From: a virus
IMG/VR virus record: IMGVR_UViG_3300037847_004938
Location: 2,627 to 66,626 of that record
Direction: 5' to 3' (one strand)
Length of the DNA: 64,000 bases
A program made the position numbers and the translations under genes. The notes under the pieces are model-generated. The model worked only from the letters and a program-made list of their open reading frames with translations. It was not told the DNA's origin and did no database searches. Each line of letters opens with the position of its first letter. Positions within the stretch are counted from its first letter, which is position 1. This document shows, piece after piece, positions 38,283-49,647 of this stretch.

Positions 38283-41200
38283 TATTTTATTTGTTTTTTA
38301 AGTTCTTCTATTTCAGCTTTTAAATCTTTAATAGCCTCAATTAAATAACCTGTTATGTTACCATAAGCTACAGCTTTATATTCACTTTCGTTATTTACTA
38401 GTTCTGGTGCTACTTTTTCTAATTCTTGAGCTATAACACCGCTACCTTGTTTATTATCTTTAGTAAAGCTTACTCCTCTCATTTCATAAACTTTAGATCC
38501 ATCTAAGGTTTCTATGTTTGTTTTAAGTCTTTCATCTGAATAAGCTATTACATCTGCTGTTGCAGTTACACTACCACCAAACGTAGCATTACCTGTACCG
38601 CTTATTTTTAAATCGTATCTTGAGTCTGTTGTATTGTATACAACAAATCCTTGACTATCAACACTTATCTCCCAATCATCATATGATGGTGGAGTGAATT
38701 TTATTTGACCTCCATCATTATCAAGCTCTATATCTCCAGCTACTTTTAATGATGTACTTGTACTACCTGGGTCTAAATAATAACCTGTGCTATCTATATC
38801 AATAAACTTTTTAGTGTAAAAAGTACCACCTTGATGAAACTCATGTGTATATTGTCCACTGTTACCAGTTTTTACTTGTAGTCCATCACCACTTCTTATT
38901 AATTTAACATTTGTATCTCCATCATTGCTAGCAAAACAGAAGTTTGGCTCACTACCACCTTCAGCAGACATAGATGTACCAAATATTAATTTATGTTCGT
39001 GAGTTGTACTAGTTGATGCTGTACTAGTAGGGTTTGTAGAAATACTTATTTCACTAGATAGAGCTTCAATAGTAAAGTAATAAGTAGCAGCATTAGAAGA
39101 ACCAGATTTATAAGACATGGTATATTGACCATTACTATCACCTTCTACTTTTATAACTCCATCAGTGTAGTTACCACACGATGATGTTATGTTTACATCT
39201 TGATGATGATTAACAATAATTTGAGCTGTAAAAGCTCCAACATGACTATTACCATGTGATGTACCTGTAACTTTTACTACACTAGCTAACTGACTATTAT
39301 CAGTTGTTATTTCAAAAACTCTAACATAAGAGTTACTAATAGAAGCTGTACAATATTTTCTGTGTGGTGTTGTTATTGGTTTTGGGAAAGTAACTTTTTG
39401 AGTTGATCCATCAATAAGAATAGCATCTGTATTATCAGTTTGCAATATTAAACTATTTCCTGTTGTAGTTCTGATTGTACCAGAACCACTAGTAAAGCTC
39501 ATTCTTCTACTTGAACCATTTATATTTAAATCTGTAGTTCCTTCAATATGAACATCTCCTGTTATAGACATTCTATGTGATCCTCCAGCATAAAAAACTT
39601 GAGTATCAGAGCCACTAAATCCCCAGTATGTATTAAGATCTCCTTTGTGTCTTATATAATCATCAATATGTATTTGATTCAGTATTGAATCACTCGCTGG
39701 ATTTACAAGATAATTAGTATTATCTGCATCGTAATATACAGGAGAATCTATCCTGGTTTTAGCTATATATCTTTGAATTCTTCTAGTTTGTGCATCTGTT
39801 ATTTTATATATTTCAGAACTTGCTAAATACCAAGTAAACACCTCATTAGCACTACCGCCATTTACATAAATATGGCCACCACTACTGAAAGACCCACTAT
39901 CACCACAATGTGATACTCTTACATACCATTCAAATTTACCTGTACCAGCATTATCAGTTAAGAAATAAGATGTTTTATTAGTACCTTGAGCATTTTCAGC
40001 TATTTCAAATGTTTTACCTGTTTCTAGTTTAGCTTGGAATACTTGTACAAAAGTCTGATTGTTTGCAGCACTTATTGTTTGATAGAAACCACCACGTCCA
40101 GGGCTTGTATTGTTACCATTATTGTAAATTCTTATAACCTTACCAGATGAATTTGGTGCTATTTGATTTAACGTTGTTCCATCTTCTTCGTGAAAATGTT
40201 GAACACCTGAACCGCCTTGATTATTATAAACATTAACACTATTACTACCATCTACAAAATCTTCATCTCCATAAACAGCTGTTCCTGCACCTCTAACGAA
40301 TGCTGCTATTGGATTCCAAGGACCTCTTTGTGTAGAGTTGTTTGGCATATCTAATACCTTATAACCATCTATTTCTAAAACACCTGCGTTGATTGTACTA
40401 TAAGTGAGAGTACCATTAACCGTTATATCGTTAACAGTTAAGTTGTATAAATTACTACTACCATTTGGATTTAAAATATAACTGGTATCTGCTGAATCAT
40501 AAAATTGAGGAGCTCTCCAGTCATTATTAGCCGTACAAACACCATTTGCAGCTAATGTTACATTATTTGAACCTGATGAATTTCTAACAAAGACTCCATT
40601 GGTTGTTTGCATATACCAATAATCACTATGATATTGTATCTTACCTACTTGTTCACCACTCCAAGTATGACTATCAGCGTGCCATGCACCTGTTGTTCTA
40701 AGTGATGTGGTTGCTGCAGGATCTATATATCTATTGGTGTTGTTTGTATCATAGAATATAGGCGCTCTATGAGAACCTATCACAATCATATTGCCTAGAC
40801 CATCTAAATGACCTTTTTCTACATAACTACCAGATGCCTTACTAACATAATACCATCCTTCATCAGCAGCGTCAGCGTGCTCTACAAATGTCATTTGGTG
40901 ACCACCTGTAATAGCCAAAGTACTTTGACCAGTTGTAACTTTTCCTCTCAAAGTTATGAAATGGTTATCATTTCCATAACCTGCAATTAGCCCATAAGTA
41001 TTAGTACCACCTGTATGAAGGGTAAGCCTACCCGTTACAACATCTAACGTGCTGTCAACAGTAGTAGCGCCATTTAAATAAGTTGTTCCGTTATTATAAA
41101 AATCATACGAACCATGAACACTAGTGCTTTTCACAGCAAACTTACCTGATGTGTTACCACTATCCATATCCATGTGGTCAACTACACTCGTGCTTCCTGG

Positions 41201-44200
41201 ATTTACATAAAAAGCTGTATTATTTGAATCGTAGAATATAGGTGCATAAAAATTACCTCTATCAACATATAGTCCTCCTGCAGATTCTAATCTTATAGTT
41301 GTTTTAGAACCTGTAGCATATGAGTCAGTAGTAGATAAATACATTCTAGTACCATAACTACCATCTGTTCTTACATATATTCCCCCTTGTGCTGTAGTTC
41401 CAGAACTACTATCAGAAGCACCAAATGTTATTGAGCCTCCACCATGATCTGTAGCTACATTGGGATCTATGTGTATGGATCCTTTTCCTGTACCTTGTGT
41501 AGTAGCATCCCAAACTGTACCATCGTGTACATCTAACTGTCTAAGAGAACTTCTTGATCCTGGATTAGTAAAATAGGCAGTATCATTTGAATCATAGAAT
41601 ATAGGTGCTAACATTTCTGTTCCAGCTTGTATATATGCAGAATAAAATCTACCATGAGTTTGTAATGTAGTTGAAGTAACAAGATTAAAATTAGTCGTAG
41701 GGTTTTTTGTAAAATAAGAAGTGCTTGTAGTTTGTGCTATATTCCAATCACCAATCCAGTCTATAGCTGTGCTATAAAACTCAGCACCATGTACTTTATG
41801 AACATGAACAGTAGCATAACTCCATGTTGACGTTGTTTCACCAATAGCAATACATCTTCTTTCATTACTTCCATCATTTCTTCTACCTAGATAAATAGGT
41901 TTACTCATAGAGCCTATAACTCTAACACCAGCATTATACCATTGTGTAGTACTAGTATTACTATTACCTCCACTATTCCAGTTATGACCACCGACTATAA
42001 TTTTAGTGGCATGATCACTACTATATTCGTATACGTCTATTTCCATATACATCATATCGTAGTTGTTTAACGTACCAGGTAAATCAATTACAATCTGACC
42101 TGTTGTACTACCACTACCGCTCCATAATGCGTTTTGACCTGGGTATGCAATTTTAGGATAAGCATCATCACCTATCCCTAAATGACCATGCACTACAGTT
42201 TTATCAGTCATAGCATTACCTAAAATAGTATTACCTGTAGCAGTTATACTACCTATATTAACTAAATTCCTGCTGGAATCCATTACATAGGTACCGTTTA
42301 ACTGATATGATGACATATTAGAATTAGATGCGTGTACAGTACCAGCTGCTCTTATTGATGTTCCTGTATTAGCAAAGTCTCCGTAGTACGTTGTATCGGC
42401 TGAATCATAGAATATTGGAGCTCTTTTGGATGCTTCAGAAAATGAATTACCACTGCTATCAAAGAATGTTCTGTTTGTACCACCACCACCAGGTCTTATT
42501 TCTAAATTACCACCATTATTTGTAGCAAAATCCCAAGTTACACTGCCATTGTCTTGAAATCTTACGTAAGACCAGCTATCGTTAGAGTCTAGTTCAATTC
42601 TAGCGTAAGAAGAACTATCAATTCTGAAACCATCGGACCTTGTTGTTTTAAATTGATTGTCTTGACCATCAATGAGAGTAGATGACAAGTATAGCTGAAC
42701 ACCTGTAGCAGCTCTGAAGCTCATGGTATCATTACCATGGTTATAATATATTTCTCCCGCGTTGTCATCAGCATTATCACCAAATGCTATAACACCATAT
42801 TGTTTACCATTACCTCTTAATGTAATACCAACACCATCAGATGCTGAATTACCACCTAATATTACTAAGTCTTCTGCGTATGAATATCCTTGACCATCTG
42901 GGTCAGTTGTGTTTATACCTACTTTTCCAGTTAAATGTAAATCACCTGACTCTTCAAGAGTTAATAAAGTTCCACTAGAGCTTCCTAAAGTAGCAGCACC
43001 AATTGAAAACTTATTTGTACCATTATTATTAGTATCTATGTTAATTCTTACATCACCGTAAGAGTTTAATGTTATATTATCGTTATAAGATTCATCTTTT
43101 GTAGATGTTATTGAGTGCTGGAAATTTGTTCCGTAGCTATCACTATCCCATGTAAAAAACAAACCACCAAATCTGTATAGTTTAGAAGATTCATTATTTA
43201 CATATCTACCATAAATATGATCAGTAGTTACTACTTCACCTACAGTTAAAGAATTTATATTAGTAGCACTAGCTGGATTAACATAATAACCAGTGTCATT
43301 GTGATCATAAAATATTGTACCTCTTAATGATCCAGTTGCTTTAAAATCACCAAGTATAAAACTACTACTAGCATCTCCTGAAAATCTAGCAAACTCTACT
43401 TTATTATTTTTATTATATAAATGTAAAGTACCAGCACTAGTACTATCATTATTAATCCACATTTTCCAAGATTCCCAAGCAGAAACCATATGTGTACTAG
43501 CACCACCAAACGTAATGTGATCTTCGTTATCTGACCATATATTTAATTTTGATCTAAACGTTGTAGAGGTTGCAGTTGTAGCATCTAAGCCATAGTCACC
43601 TCTTCTATGTGGATATATAGATATTGATCCATCACCCACAACAATATCATCATCAGCGTATTCACCATTATTACTACTACCAGATGTGAATGATCCAACT
43701 CTTACTTGAGAGCCAGATGTATATAGTCTTATATCACCATTATTTTTTACTGTTAAACCATCACTATCTATTCTTACTCTATCGCTATTACCAGTTCTAA
43801 GATCAATTTGATCTCCACTATTAGCTACGTCAATCATTCTTCTTACACCGTTCTCACTAGACCACGCCCACCATGTAGATATATTAGTACCATTACCAAA
43901 CCCAAAACCATCAGTTGAATTTTTTGCATATATAGCGTTATTTTCTAAAGTACCGCTATCCCAAGCTACAGGTATTCTTACCTTTAAGTTACTTGTAAGC
44001 GTACTAGTATCAGCTATAAGCCTATCACCACCACCTACATGTAATTTCCACGAGTCAGCGCCATTAAATCCAAAATAAGTATTAGTATCTCCTTTGTGAA
44101 CTATATAATCATCTAACTCAATGTCATTCATTACGCTAGTACCTGATGGATTAACATAATAAGATGTATTATCATAATCATAAAACAAAGTTCCTCTTAT

Positions 44201-45817
44201 ATCAGAGTTACTTACTATTCTACCATAACTAGATATCGTTGCGCTATCTAAATGTGCATATGCTCCATTAGTGCTAAAAACAAATCTATTACCATCGTCT
44301 ATTCTTAAAACTCTTGTATCACTACCACCATCTCTAGCTGTTGTAAAATCAACAGCCAATGCATCATTTTCAGCTTTGATTTTAAAGTAATCATCGCCAC
44401 TACTACCTCTTGTTTTTTGCCATACCATATGCGGCTCATACGCTTTAGCTGTAATTACTGTAGTGTCATTATCTTCTACTAGTAAACCATTACCTAAATT
44501 TAATTGACCACTACTAACTGTAATATTAACATTTGAGGTTAAACTATCTCCGTCTGACCATATTGCTAGTCTATTAGCGGCACCTGTTCCATCTACATCT
44601 CCTCCAGAAACACTACCCCATTCTAATGTAGTTCCAGACGAAGGCACCTTTAATACTTGCCCTGCGCTTCCCATTGTTTTAGGGAATATATATGCACCAT
44701 TGAATTTTATGTTTTGACTATTATCTATAAATAAAGCTTCTGTTCCCGACACACCACTCGCTCCTGTTTGGAATTTAAGACCTCCTTGTCCATTTACAGA
44801 CATTATAGCTGTGGATGTCTCTACACCTAAAGCCCCTCTATTTCCACCACCGTCTGATAAAAATAAATAAGGTTGTATTGTATTAGTAGTTGTATCATGG
44901 TTTTGTAAGTATAAAACAGCTGCGGTAGTTGAATTACTTCTCATAGCTGAAATACCAGACACATCTAATTTAGAAGACCCTGTTTGTAAATCACTAGTTG
45001 TATTTAATCTAAATTTATTAACTTGGCTAGTTCCATCAGGGTCTACATAATATGCTGTATTAGATTGAGCATAATACGCTGCACCAAAATAACTGAAACT
45101 ACCCAAATACATATTACCATATCCATATAATCTCCTATTATTATCTATCTGTAACGCTGTCCATGCCGAAGGTATAGATGTACCTACTGTACCGTCTGTA
45201 TCACCTCCTGACGAGTTTTCTGGCTCATCTACATAGAATGAAATTGTTTTATCACTACCACTACTACCACCTTTAAATTCTATACCTGCTACGTTACCCC
45301 AATTATTATTTGCTGCATTACTTGCTCTTTTGTAATTAGTGCCATCAAATCTTAAATTAGTACCTACCCATGATCTCCATACTCCTTGTGTTGTAGACCA
45401 TATTGATACATTTCTAGAATATCCAGCTGCCATGCCTTGACCACCAATACTAAATAAATTGTTACCATCTGATGATGATACAGGGTCTGATTGAAATTGT
45501 TGATATGTTTGAAGCGTAGCTCCTTTTATAGATAAATCACCTTCAACACCTACATCACCATAAAACGTAGCGTGCTTAGCGTTATTAATTATTAAAGCGT
45601 GATTATTGTAAGTTCCATTAACAGCTACTCTAAAATCAGCGCCCCATCCTTGTAAGAATACAGATGAAGAATCTTTTAATTCTATCTGACCAATACTGTT
45701 ACTGCCTTCGCTTATTTTGACGTAATTATTTCCATCATTAACCGTTAATACACCATCAACTAGTGTCAGATTACTGCTAGATTCTAAACTTACATCTGAA
45801 AAGAATTTTTGTGCCAT
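38282..45817 (-). CDS. Long modular tail fibre with C-terminal peptidase S74 intramolecular chaperone
   Basis: YSDERLKTNI...GVIAQELEKVAPELV...VAYGNITGYLIEAIKDL; G/S/T/N-rich beta repeats. Confidence 0.9.
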   Translation of the reverse strand: MAQKFFSDVSLESSSNLTLVDGVLTVNDGNNYVKISEGSNSIGQIELKDSSSVFLQGWGADFRVAVNGTYNNHALIINNAKHATFYGDVGVEGDLSIKGATLQTYQQFQSDPVSSSDGNNLFSIGGQGMAAGYSRNVSIWSTTQGVWRSWVGTNLRFDGTNYKRASNAANNNWGNVAGIEFKGGSSGSDKTISFYVDEPENSSGGDTDGTVGTSIPSAWTALQIDNNRRLYGYGNMYLGSFSYFGAAYYAQSNTAYYVDPDGTSQVNKFRLNTTSDLQTGSSKLDVSGISAMRSNSTTAAVLYLQNHDTTTNTIQPYLFLSDGGGNRGALGVETSTAIMSVNGQGGLKFQTGASGVSGTEALFIDNSQNIKFNGAYIFPKTMGSAGQVLKVPSSGTTLEWGSVSGGDVDGTGAANRLAIWSDGDSLTSNVNITVSSGQLNLGNGLLVEDNDTTVITAKAYEPHMVWQKTRGSSGDDYFKIKAENDALAVDFTTARDGGSDTRVLRIDDGNRFVFSTNGAYAHLDSATISSYGRIVSNSDIRGTLFYDYDNTSYYVNPSGTSVMNDIELDDYIVHKGDTNTYFGFNGADSWKLHVGGGDRLIADTSTLTSNLKVRIPVAWDSGTLENNAIYAKNSTDGFGFGNGTNISTWWAWSSENGVRRMIDVANSGDQIDLRTGNSDRVRIDSDGLTVKNNGDIRLYTSGSQVRVGSFTSGSSNNGEYADDDIVVGDGSISIYPHRRGDYGLDATTATSTTFRSKLNIWSDNEDHITFGGASTHMVSAWESWKMWINNDSTSAGTLHLYNKNNKVEFARFSGDASSSFILGDFKATGSLRGTIFYDHNDTGYYVNPASATNINSLTVGEVVTTDHIYGRYVNNESSKLYRFGGLFFTWDSDSYGTNFQHSITSTKDESYNDNITLNSYGDVRINIDTNNNGTNKFSIGAATLGSSSGTLLTLEESGDLHLTGKVGINTTDPDGQGYSYAEDLVILGGNSASDGVGITLRGNGKQYGVIAFGDNADDNAGEIYYNHGNDTMSFRAATGVQLYLSSTLIDGQDNQFKTTRSDGFRIDSSSYARIELDSNDSWSYVRFQDNGSVTWDFATNNGGNLEIRPGGGGTNRTFFDSSGNSFSEASKRAPIFYDSADTTYYGDFANTGTSIRAAGTVHASNSNMSSYQLNGTYVMDSSRNLVNIGSITATGNTILGNAMTDKTVVHGHLGIGDDAYPKIAYPGQNALWSGSGSTTGQIVIDLPGTLNNYDMMYMEIDVYEYSSDHATKIIVGGHNWNSGGNSNTSTTQWYNAGVRVIGSMSKPIYLGRRNDGSNERRCIAIGETTSTWSYATVHVHKVHGAEFYSTAIDWIGDWNIAQTTSTSYFTKNPTTNFNLVTSTTLQTHGRFYSAYIQAGTEMLAPIFYDSNDTAYFTNPGSRSSLRQLDVHDGTVWDATTQGTGKGSIHIDPNVATDHGGGSITFGASDSSSGTTAQGGIYVRTDGSYGTRMYLSTTDSYATGSKTTIRLESAGGLYVDRGNFYAPIFYDSNNTAFYVNPGSTSVVDHMDMDSGNTSGKFAVKSTSVHGSYDFYNNGTTYLNGATTVDSTLDVVTGRLTLHTGGTNTYGLIAGYGNDNHFITLRGKVTTGQSTLAITGGHQMTFVEHADAADEGWYYVSKASGSYVEKGHLDGLGNMIVIGSHRAPIFYDTNNTNRYIDPAATTSLRTTGAWHADSHTWSGEQVGKIQYHSDYWYMQTTNGVFVRNSSGSNNVTLAANGVCTANNDWRAPQFYDSADTSYILNPNGSSNLYNLTVNDITVNGTLTYSTINAGVLEIDGYKVLDMPNNSTQRGPWNPIAAFVRGAGTAVYGDEDFVDGSNSVNVYNNQGGSGVQHFHEEDGTTLNQIAPNSSGKVIRIYNNGNNTSPGRGGFYQTISAANNQTFVQVFQAKLETGKTFEIAENAQGTNKTSYFLTDNAGTGKFEWYVRVSHCGDSGSFSSGGHIYVNGGSANEVFTWYLASSEIYKITDAQTRRIQRYIAKTRIDSPVYYDADNTNYLVNPASDSILNQIHIDDYIRHKGDLNTYWGFSGSDTQVFYAGGSHRMSITGDVHIEGTTDLNINGSSRRMSFTSGSGTIRTTTGNSLILQTDNTDAILIDGSTQKVTFPKPITTPHRKYCTASISNSYVRVFEITTDNSQLASVVKVTGTSHGNSHVGAFTAQIIVNHHQDVNITSSCGNYTDGVIKVEGDSNGQYTMSYKSGSSNAATYYFTIEALSSEISISTNPTSTASTSTTHEHKLIFGTSMSAEGGSEPNFCFASNDGDTNVKLIRSGDGLQVKTGNSGQYTHEFHQGGTFYTKKFIDIDSTGYYLDPGSTSTSLKVAGDIELDNDGGQIKFTPPSYDDWEISVDSQGFVVYNTTDSRYDLKISGTGNATFGGSVTATADVIAYSDERLKTNIETLDGSKVYEMRGVSFTKDNKQGSGVIAQELEKVAPELVNNESEYKAVAYGNITGYLIEAIKDLKAEIEELKKQIK

Positions 45818-45827
45818 TTCATTTAAG

Positions 45828-47645
45828 TTACATTACTTTCTGTATCAGAACTCTATAATCATCGTCTGTTACTGAACTAGCAAATGCAACTTCAACTGTG
45901 CCGTTTGTTGGTCTTGTGATATCGACATGCACCGTATCGTATGTAGGAGTTCCTGCTGAAATATCAACTACTTGAACTATAACATCAAAAGACGCTAGGC
46001 CATGTGTTACCGTGTAAGTGTTACTTGATTTTGTGACAGATGACTCTCCTGCATCAAGATCAACAGCAAAACCTGTTGCTGCTATCGCGGTATCAACATG
46101 GGCTTTTAGCCCTGCTGGCGTAACAGCTCTAGCTGTATCTGTACCAGTAGTAGCCTCTGTGTTTGTTGCTAATTCAAGAGCTCCTCTTTTTGTTGTTGTT
46201 CCTTGAACAACGTTAAATTCTAATTGGTTGGCAGATGGGTTTGTAATTGTAACCCCGCCATTTTCTGAAGTTGTACTTAAAAATTCTACCGCTTCAGTAC
46301 TTGCTACAGATGCTCCACCTGAAGTATTACTTCCGTCTAATTTTAAATTCCAACCTACATAGTTATCAGCTCCACCTAAATCCGCAAGAGTTAATGTTCT
46401 TGTAGTGGCTGCTGTAATTACACCATCAGTTAAAGTTATATCATCTATAACTGTTGCTCCTGATGTTGTTATATCTGTGTCTGTTCCAATTGTTGGGTTG
46501 TATTCACCTGTTATTGGAATATTGTAATATGTTGATCCGTCATTAGTAAATTTCCATCTATCTGCACTTTCAATCCATTCTAATGAAACGTTTGTTGCCG
46601 TTCCTCTTTCCACAAGAATACCCGCATTTTCTGATGGGGTTCCTGTTTCATTACTGTTTAACGTAATTATATTATCTTCTATTAATGTAACTTCAGAAGT
46701 TTTAGTTGTTTGAGAACCTGAAACTGTTAAGTTTCCATTAATAGTAATATTACCACTAAATGTTCTTGCTCCACCAATAGTATCTTTAAGAGTGAATGTA
46801 ATTGCCTCTGAACCTTCTGTTGTGGTTTCTGTAATTGTAATTGCATCATCATCTCCCGTAAACGTTACCGCGTCATCATCTCCAGAACTTGCGTCTAATT
46901 GTAAGACTGCTGTATTTGCTCCGCCTGCTGCAACTTTTAAATCATATGTTGTGTTATCAGATGCTGGTACTGTAACTGTCTTTGTATTTACTCCCGTAAT
47001 GTGACCTCTTGCATTTGATGTTATACTATCAATTGCTGTAAATGTAGCACCATAAGCTGGACTTGCACTTGATGTTGTGTTACTTCTTGAAACATCTGCG
47101 TGACCAATAGTTAATGTGTCTGTTGCTGAAACTGTTACTTCTATTTCATCAGTTTTAGAAACAGTTAATGTGTTTCCTGAAGCAATAGCTTGTGGTGTAT
47201 TACTTCCATCTGTAATACTCCATCCTGAATAAGATGCTACTGAATTTGTTGTAACTCCTGTTATTCTACCTTGTCCGTCTACTGTAATAGCTGGAATTGC
47301 TGTAGCTGAACCATGTGTTCCAGAAACACCTGATATATCTGTCAGTCCTAAAGTAACACTGAATGCGCCGCTTGTTGCTGATGCACTTCCTGCTTCTACT
47401 TCTAAACCTGTTCCTGCATTAACAGTTACAGATGAAATATCTCCTGAACCATCTAGTGTAACCCACTGGCTTCCGTTTGATGAACTACCATTGTGGAACT
47501 TAATAGCATTATCTGACGAGTTGTATATTACTCTACCTTCATAATCCGCGCCTACGTATGTAGGATCTGAAGAAACGACATCTAATTTTGCGTTTTTTAA
47601 TTCTAGGTTTTCTAGAGAAATATTATGTAAAAATTTTATAGCCAT
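45828..47645 (-). CDS. Tail fibre / proximal fibre protein
   Basis: Thr/Ser/Gly-rich; ITVDGQGRIT, G.LELATNTEA.TGTD..RAVTP fibre motifs; C-terminal TVTHGL domain. Confidence 0.75.
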   Translation of the reverse strand: MAIKFLHNISLENLELKNAKLDVVSSDPTYVGADYEGRVIYNSSDNAIKFHNGSSSNGSQWVTLDGSGDISSVTVNAGTGLEVEAGSASATSGAFSVTLGLTDISGVSGTHGSATAIPAITVDGQGRITGVTTNSVASYSGWSITDGSNTPQAIASGNTLTVSKTDEIEVTVSATDTLTIGHADVSRSNTTSSASPAYGATFTAIDSITSNARGHITGVNTKTVTVPASDNTTYDLKVAAGGANTAVLQLDASSGDDDAVTFTGDDDAITITETTTEGSEAITFTLKDTIGGARTFSGNITINGNLTVSGSQTTKTSEVTLIEDNIITLNSNETGTPSENAGILVERGTATNVSLEWIESADRWKFTNDGSTYYNIPITGEYNPTIGTDTDITTSGATVIDDITLTDGVITAATTRTLTLADLGGADNYVGWNLKLDGSNTSGGASVASTEAVEFLSTTSENGGVTITNPSANQLEFNVVQGTTTKRGALELATNTEATTGTDTARAVTPAGLKAHVDTAIAATGFAVDLDAGESSVTKSSNTYTVTHGLASFDVIVQVVDISAGTPTYDTVHVDITRPTNGTVEVAFASSVTDDDYRVLIQKVM

Positions 47646-47657
47646 CTTTCAATTTTT

Positions 47658-48365
47658 TTAGTTAAAATATGCATAGCCCGCAACGTTTTTGCCAAATCTT
47701 ATTGTTACATTGTTAGCGTCATCATATTCAATCTTCCCCATTATTTTATGTCCTTGGTCATCTACTATCGTTACGCTCGGTTTTTTATTAAGCGCGTGTT
47801 CCATTGTCCAAGTAGCTGACGGTGTTGCTTGTTCAACCGCTTTATGCTTATCTAGGTCGTCAAACCTAAACAACAACAAAGATAATAAATAATCTTCTTC
47901 ATCTTGTAGGCTTCCATTTCCACCCTTGAACACAACTGCAATATCGTACAGGTCTGTATTGTTTGTATTTTGCGTAGAACTATTCCATTCAAATACACCA
48001 AACTGAGTTGGGTCATTAGCTTTTTGTAATAAAACTAAACTTTTTTCTATTGTTTCATAAAAGGAGTTTATGTCTACAGCTGCTGCTGATTTTTTATGTA
48101 GCTGAATAGTAGATATTGTAGAAAAAGCTACTGTTGCTCCTTGATCTACTGGCAGTTTTATAAACCCATACGTTTGTGTATTATTAGAAGGTCTAATAAA
48201 TTTAAATCTAGAACCAGTAGTTTCTACAGATCCACTTTTGTTTAAGAAATCAGTTATATCTGATATTTTATAATTTCTTGTATGGGTTCCTGCAGAATCA
48301 GTTCCGATAACCTTATCATTCTTCGTAACATTAGAGTCTAACGCATAAGTGCTAATTCTTGCCAT
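47658..48365 (-). CDS. Virion fibre / anchor protein
   Basis: N-terminal MARISTY..D...DKVIGTD; C-terminal W..EH.LNKKPSVTIVD domain. Confidence 0.55.
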   Translation of the reverse strand: MARISTYALDSNVTKNDKVIGTDSAGTHTRNYKISDITDFLNKSGSVETTGSRFKFIRPSNNTQTYGFIKLPVDQGATVAFSTISTIQLHKKSAAAVDINSFYETIEKSLVLLQKANDPTQFGVFEWNSSTQNTNNTDLYDIAVVFKGGNGSLQDEEDYLLSLLLFRFDDLDKHKAVEQATPSATWTMEHALNKKPSVTIVDDQGHKIMGKIEYDDANNVTIRFGKNVAGYAYFN

Positions 48366-48383
48366 TATAATTTTTTATATATG

Positions 48384-48391
48384 CAAAGATA
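48384..48391 (-). promoter_or_regulatory. Bacteroidota -7 promoter element (TATCTTTG)
   Basis: Upstream of the fibre operon. Confidence 0.55.
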
Positions 48392-48536
48392 ATATTTTAA
48401 TCAAAGTGATTATCTGCCTTGTCCTCTATATCTCTTCTGGTAGTTTCTGCTACTCACGCATTTTGAAGATTTTGTTTTTGCGTGGACTCCAGGTCTTTTC
48501 TTTCTTTTGGCTTTTACGTATGGCTTATATATTATT

Positions 48537-48857
48537 CTAGCCATCCTTTTTTAATTCATAAACAAGGTCTTGAATAAATTTACTATTTACATCAAGTTTA
48601 AAATCTAATCCTGCTTGAAAAGTTCTAACTATTTTACCGTTTTTTTCTATGAGTATTACAGGAACAGATTTTATTTGACTCTTTAATTTTGGACCTTGGT
48701 CTTCAAGCCAAGCGTAATCATATTTGCATCCTCTTAGATTTTCAAGATATAATGTATTTTGCTGATTCCACTTAGCGTTTATTTGCACTACTCTTATTTG
48801 TTGGCTATAACTACTATAGCTGAAAAATAAGAATAAAATTAAAATTAATTTTTTCAT
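48537..48857 (-). CDS. Secreted thioredoxin-fold protein lacking CxxC (copy 2)
   Basis: Signal peptide MKKLILILFLFFSYSSYS|Q; VVQINAKWN...IKSVPVILIEKNGK. Confidence 0.6.
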   Translation of the reverse strand: MKKLILILFLFFSYSSYSQQIRVVQINAKWNQQNTLYLENLRGCKYDYAWLEDQGPKLKSQIKSVPVILIEKNGKIVRTFQAGLDFKLDVNSKFIQDLVYELKKDG

Positions 48858-49162
48858 CTTTTATAAACTTTGTCTTCTAATTCTTTTATTGATTCTTTAT
48901 TTTCTAGTATATCTTCTTTTAATACTTCTGTTGATTTTTCTATTTGTATAATAGTACTCCTAACAAGTTCATCTTTTAATTGAAACTCCATTTTTTGAAC
49001 AAACTCTTCACTACTAAAGTTATCAATCTTACTATTCATTTCTTGTATTTCTCCTTGTAGAGTAAACCACATACTAGCCAGTGCTATTACACCACCCACC
49101 AACATTCCTATTGTTTTTAAATCTAGTTTTACCTCTGTGTCTTCACTAATTTTTTTTGCCAT
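48854..49162 (-). CDS. Membrane-anchored coiled-coil protein (copy 2)
   Basis: One N-terminal TM segment followed by heptads; paralogue of 51928..52233. Confidence 0.7.
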   Translation of the reverse strand: MAKKISEDTEVKLDLKTIGMLVGGVIALASMWFTLQGEIQEMNSKIDNFSSEEFVQKMEFQLKDELVRSTIIQIEKSTEVLKEDILENKESIKELEDKVYKR

Positions 49163-49185
49163 CGTTTTTTATTTTATGTTCACAA

Positions 49186-49647
49186 TCATTGTTTTTTAAA
49201 AATGCTCGTTGCTTTTTCTGTCGTCCTTCCTCCGAAATAAGCTAGAACAACAGCCATCATCACCTTCTCAAAAGTGTCATTCCAAGTAACACCTATGTTA
49301 AAAGGAATTGATTCTACGCTGTCTAATATGCCTGCTAATGAAAAAATAGTTATACACCAAACTAAAACCAGCGGACGCACATTCTTCGAAAGCCATGAAT
49401 CGCTAGCAGCGTCTGCTTGCCATCTGTTAGTTATAGATTCAATCTCTTTATTCTGTTGTTCGTAAATTAATTGTTGAAGTTTAATTTTATCTTCATTACT
49501 TACATCAGATTTACCTATTGCTGCAATTGCTTCTTTAGGACTTGTAACACCTTGTAACACACTACCAAGAGTTGGGTTTATCATACCAGCAGCTCCTAAT
49601 AATAGTTTACCTACAGTTGTGTTTTTAAATTTCTTCTTGTCGCTCAT
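49186..49647 (-). CDS. Holin (3TM / GTA-holin-like)
   Basis: RWQAD..SDSWLSKNVRPLVL...AYFGGR; adjacent to the endolysin. Confidence 0.75.
   Translation of the reverse strand: MSDKKKFKNTTVGKLLLGAAGMINPTLGSVLQGVTSPKEAIAAIGKSDVSNEDKIKLQQLIYEQQNKEIESITNRWQADAASDSWLSKNVRPLVLVWCITIFSLAGILDSVESIPFNIGVTWNDTFEKVMMAVVLAYFGGRTTEKATSIFKKQ

Noticed and set aside
38282-45817. Diversity-generating retroelement or invertase shufflon acting on the fibre
   Set aside because: No reverse transcriptase, no adenine-variant TR/VR pair, no recombinase and no inverted cassettes seen.
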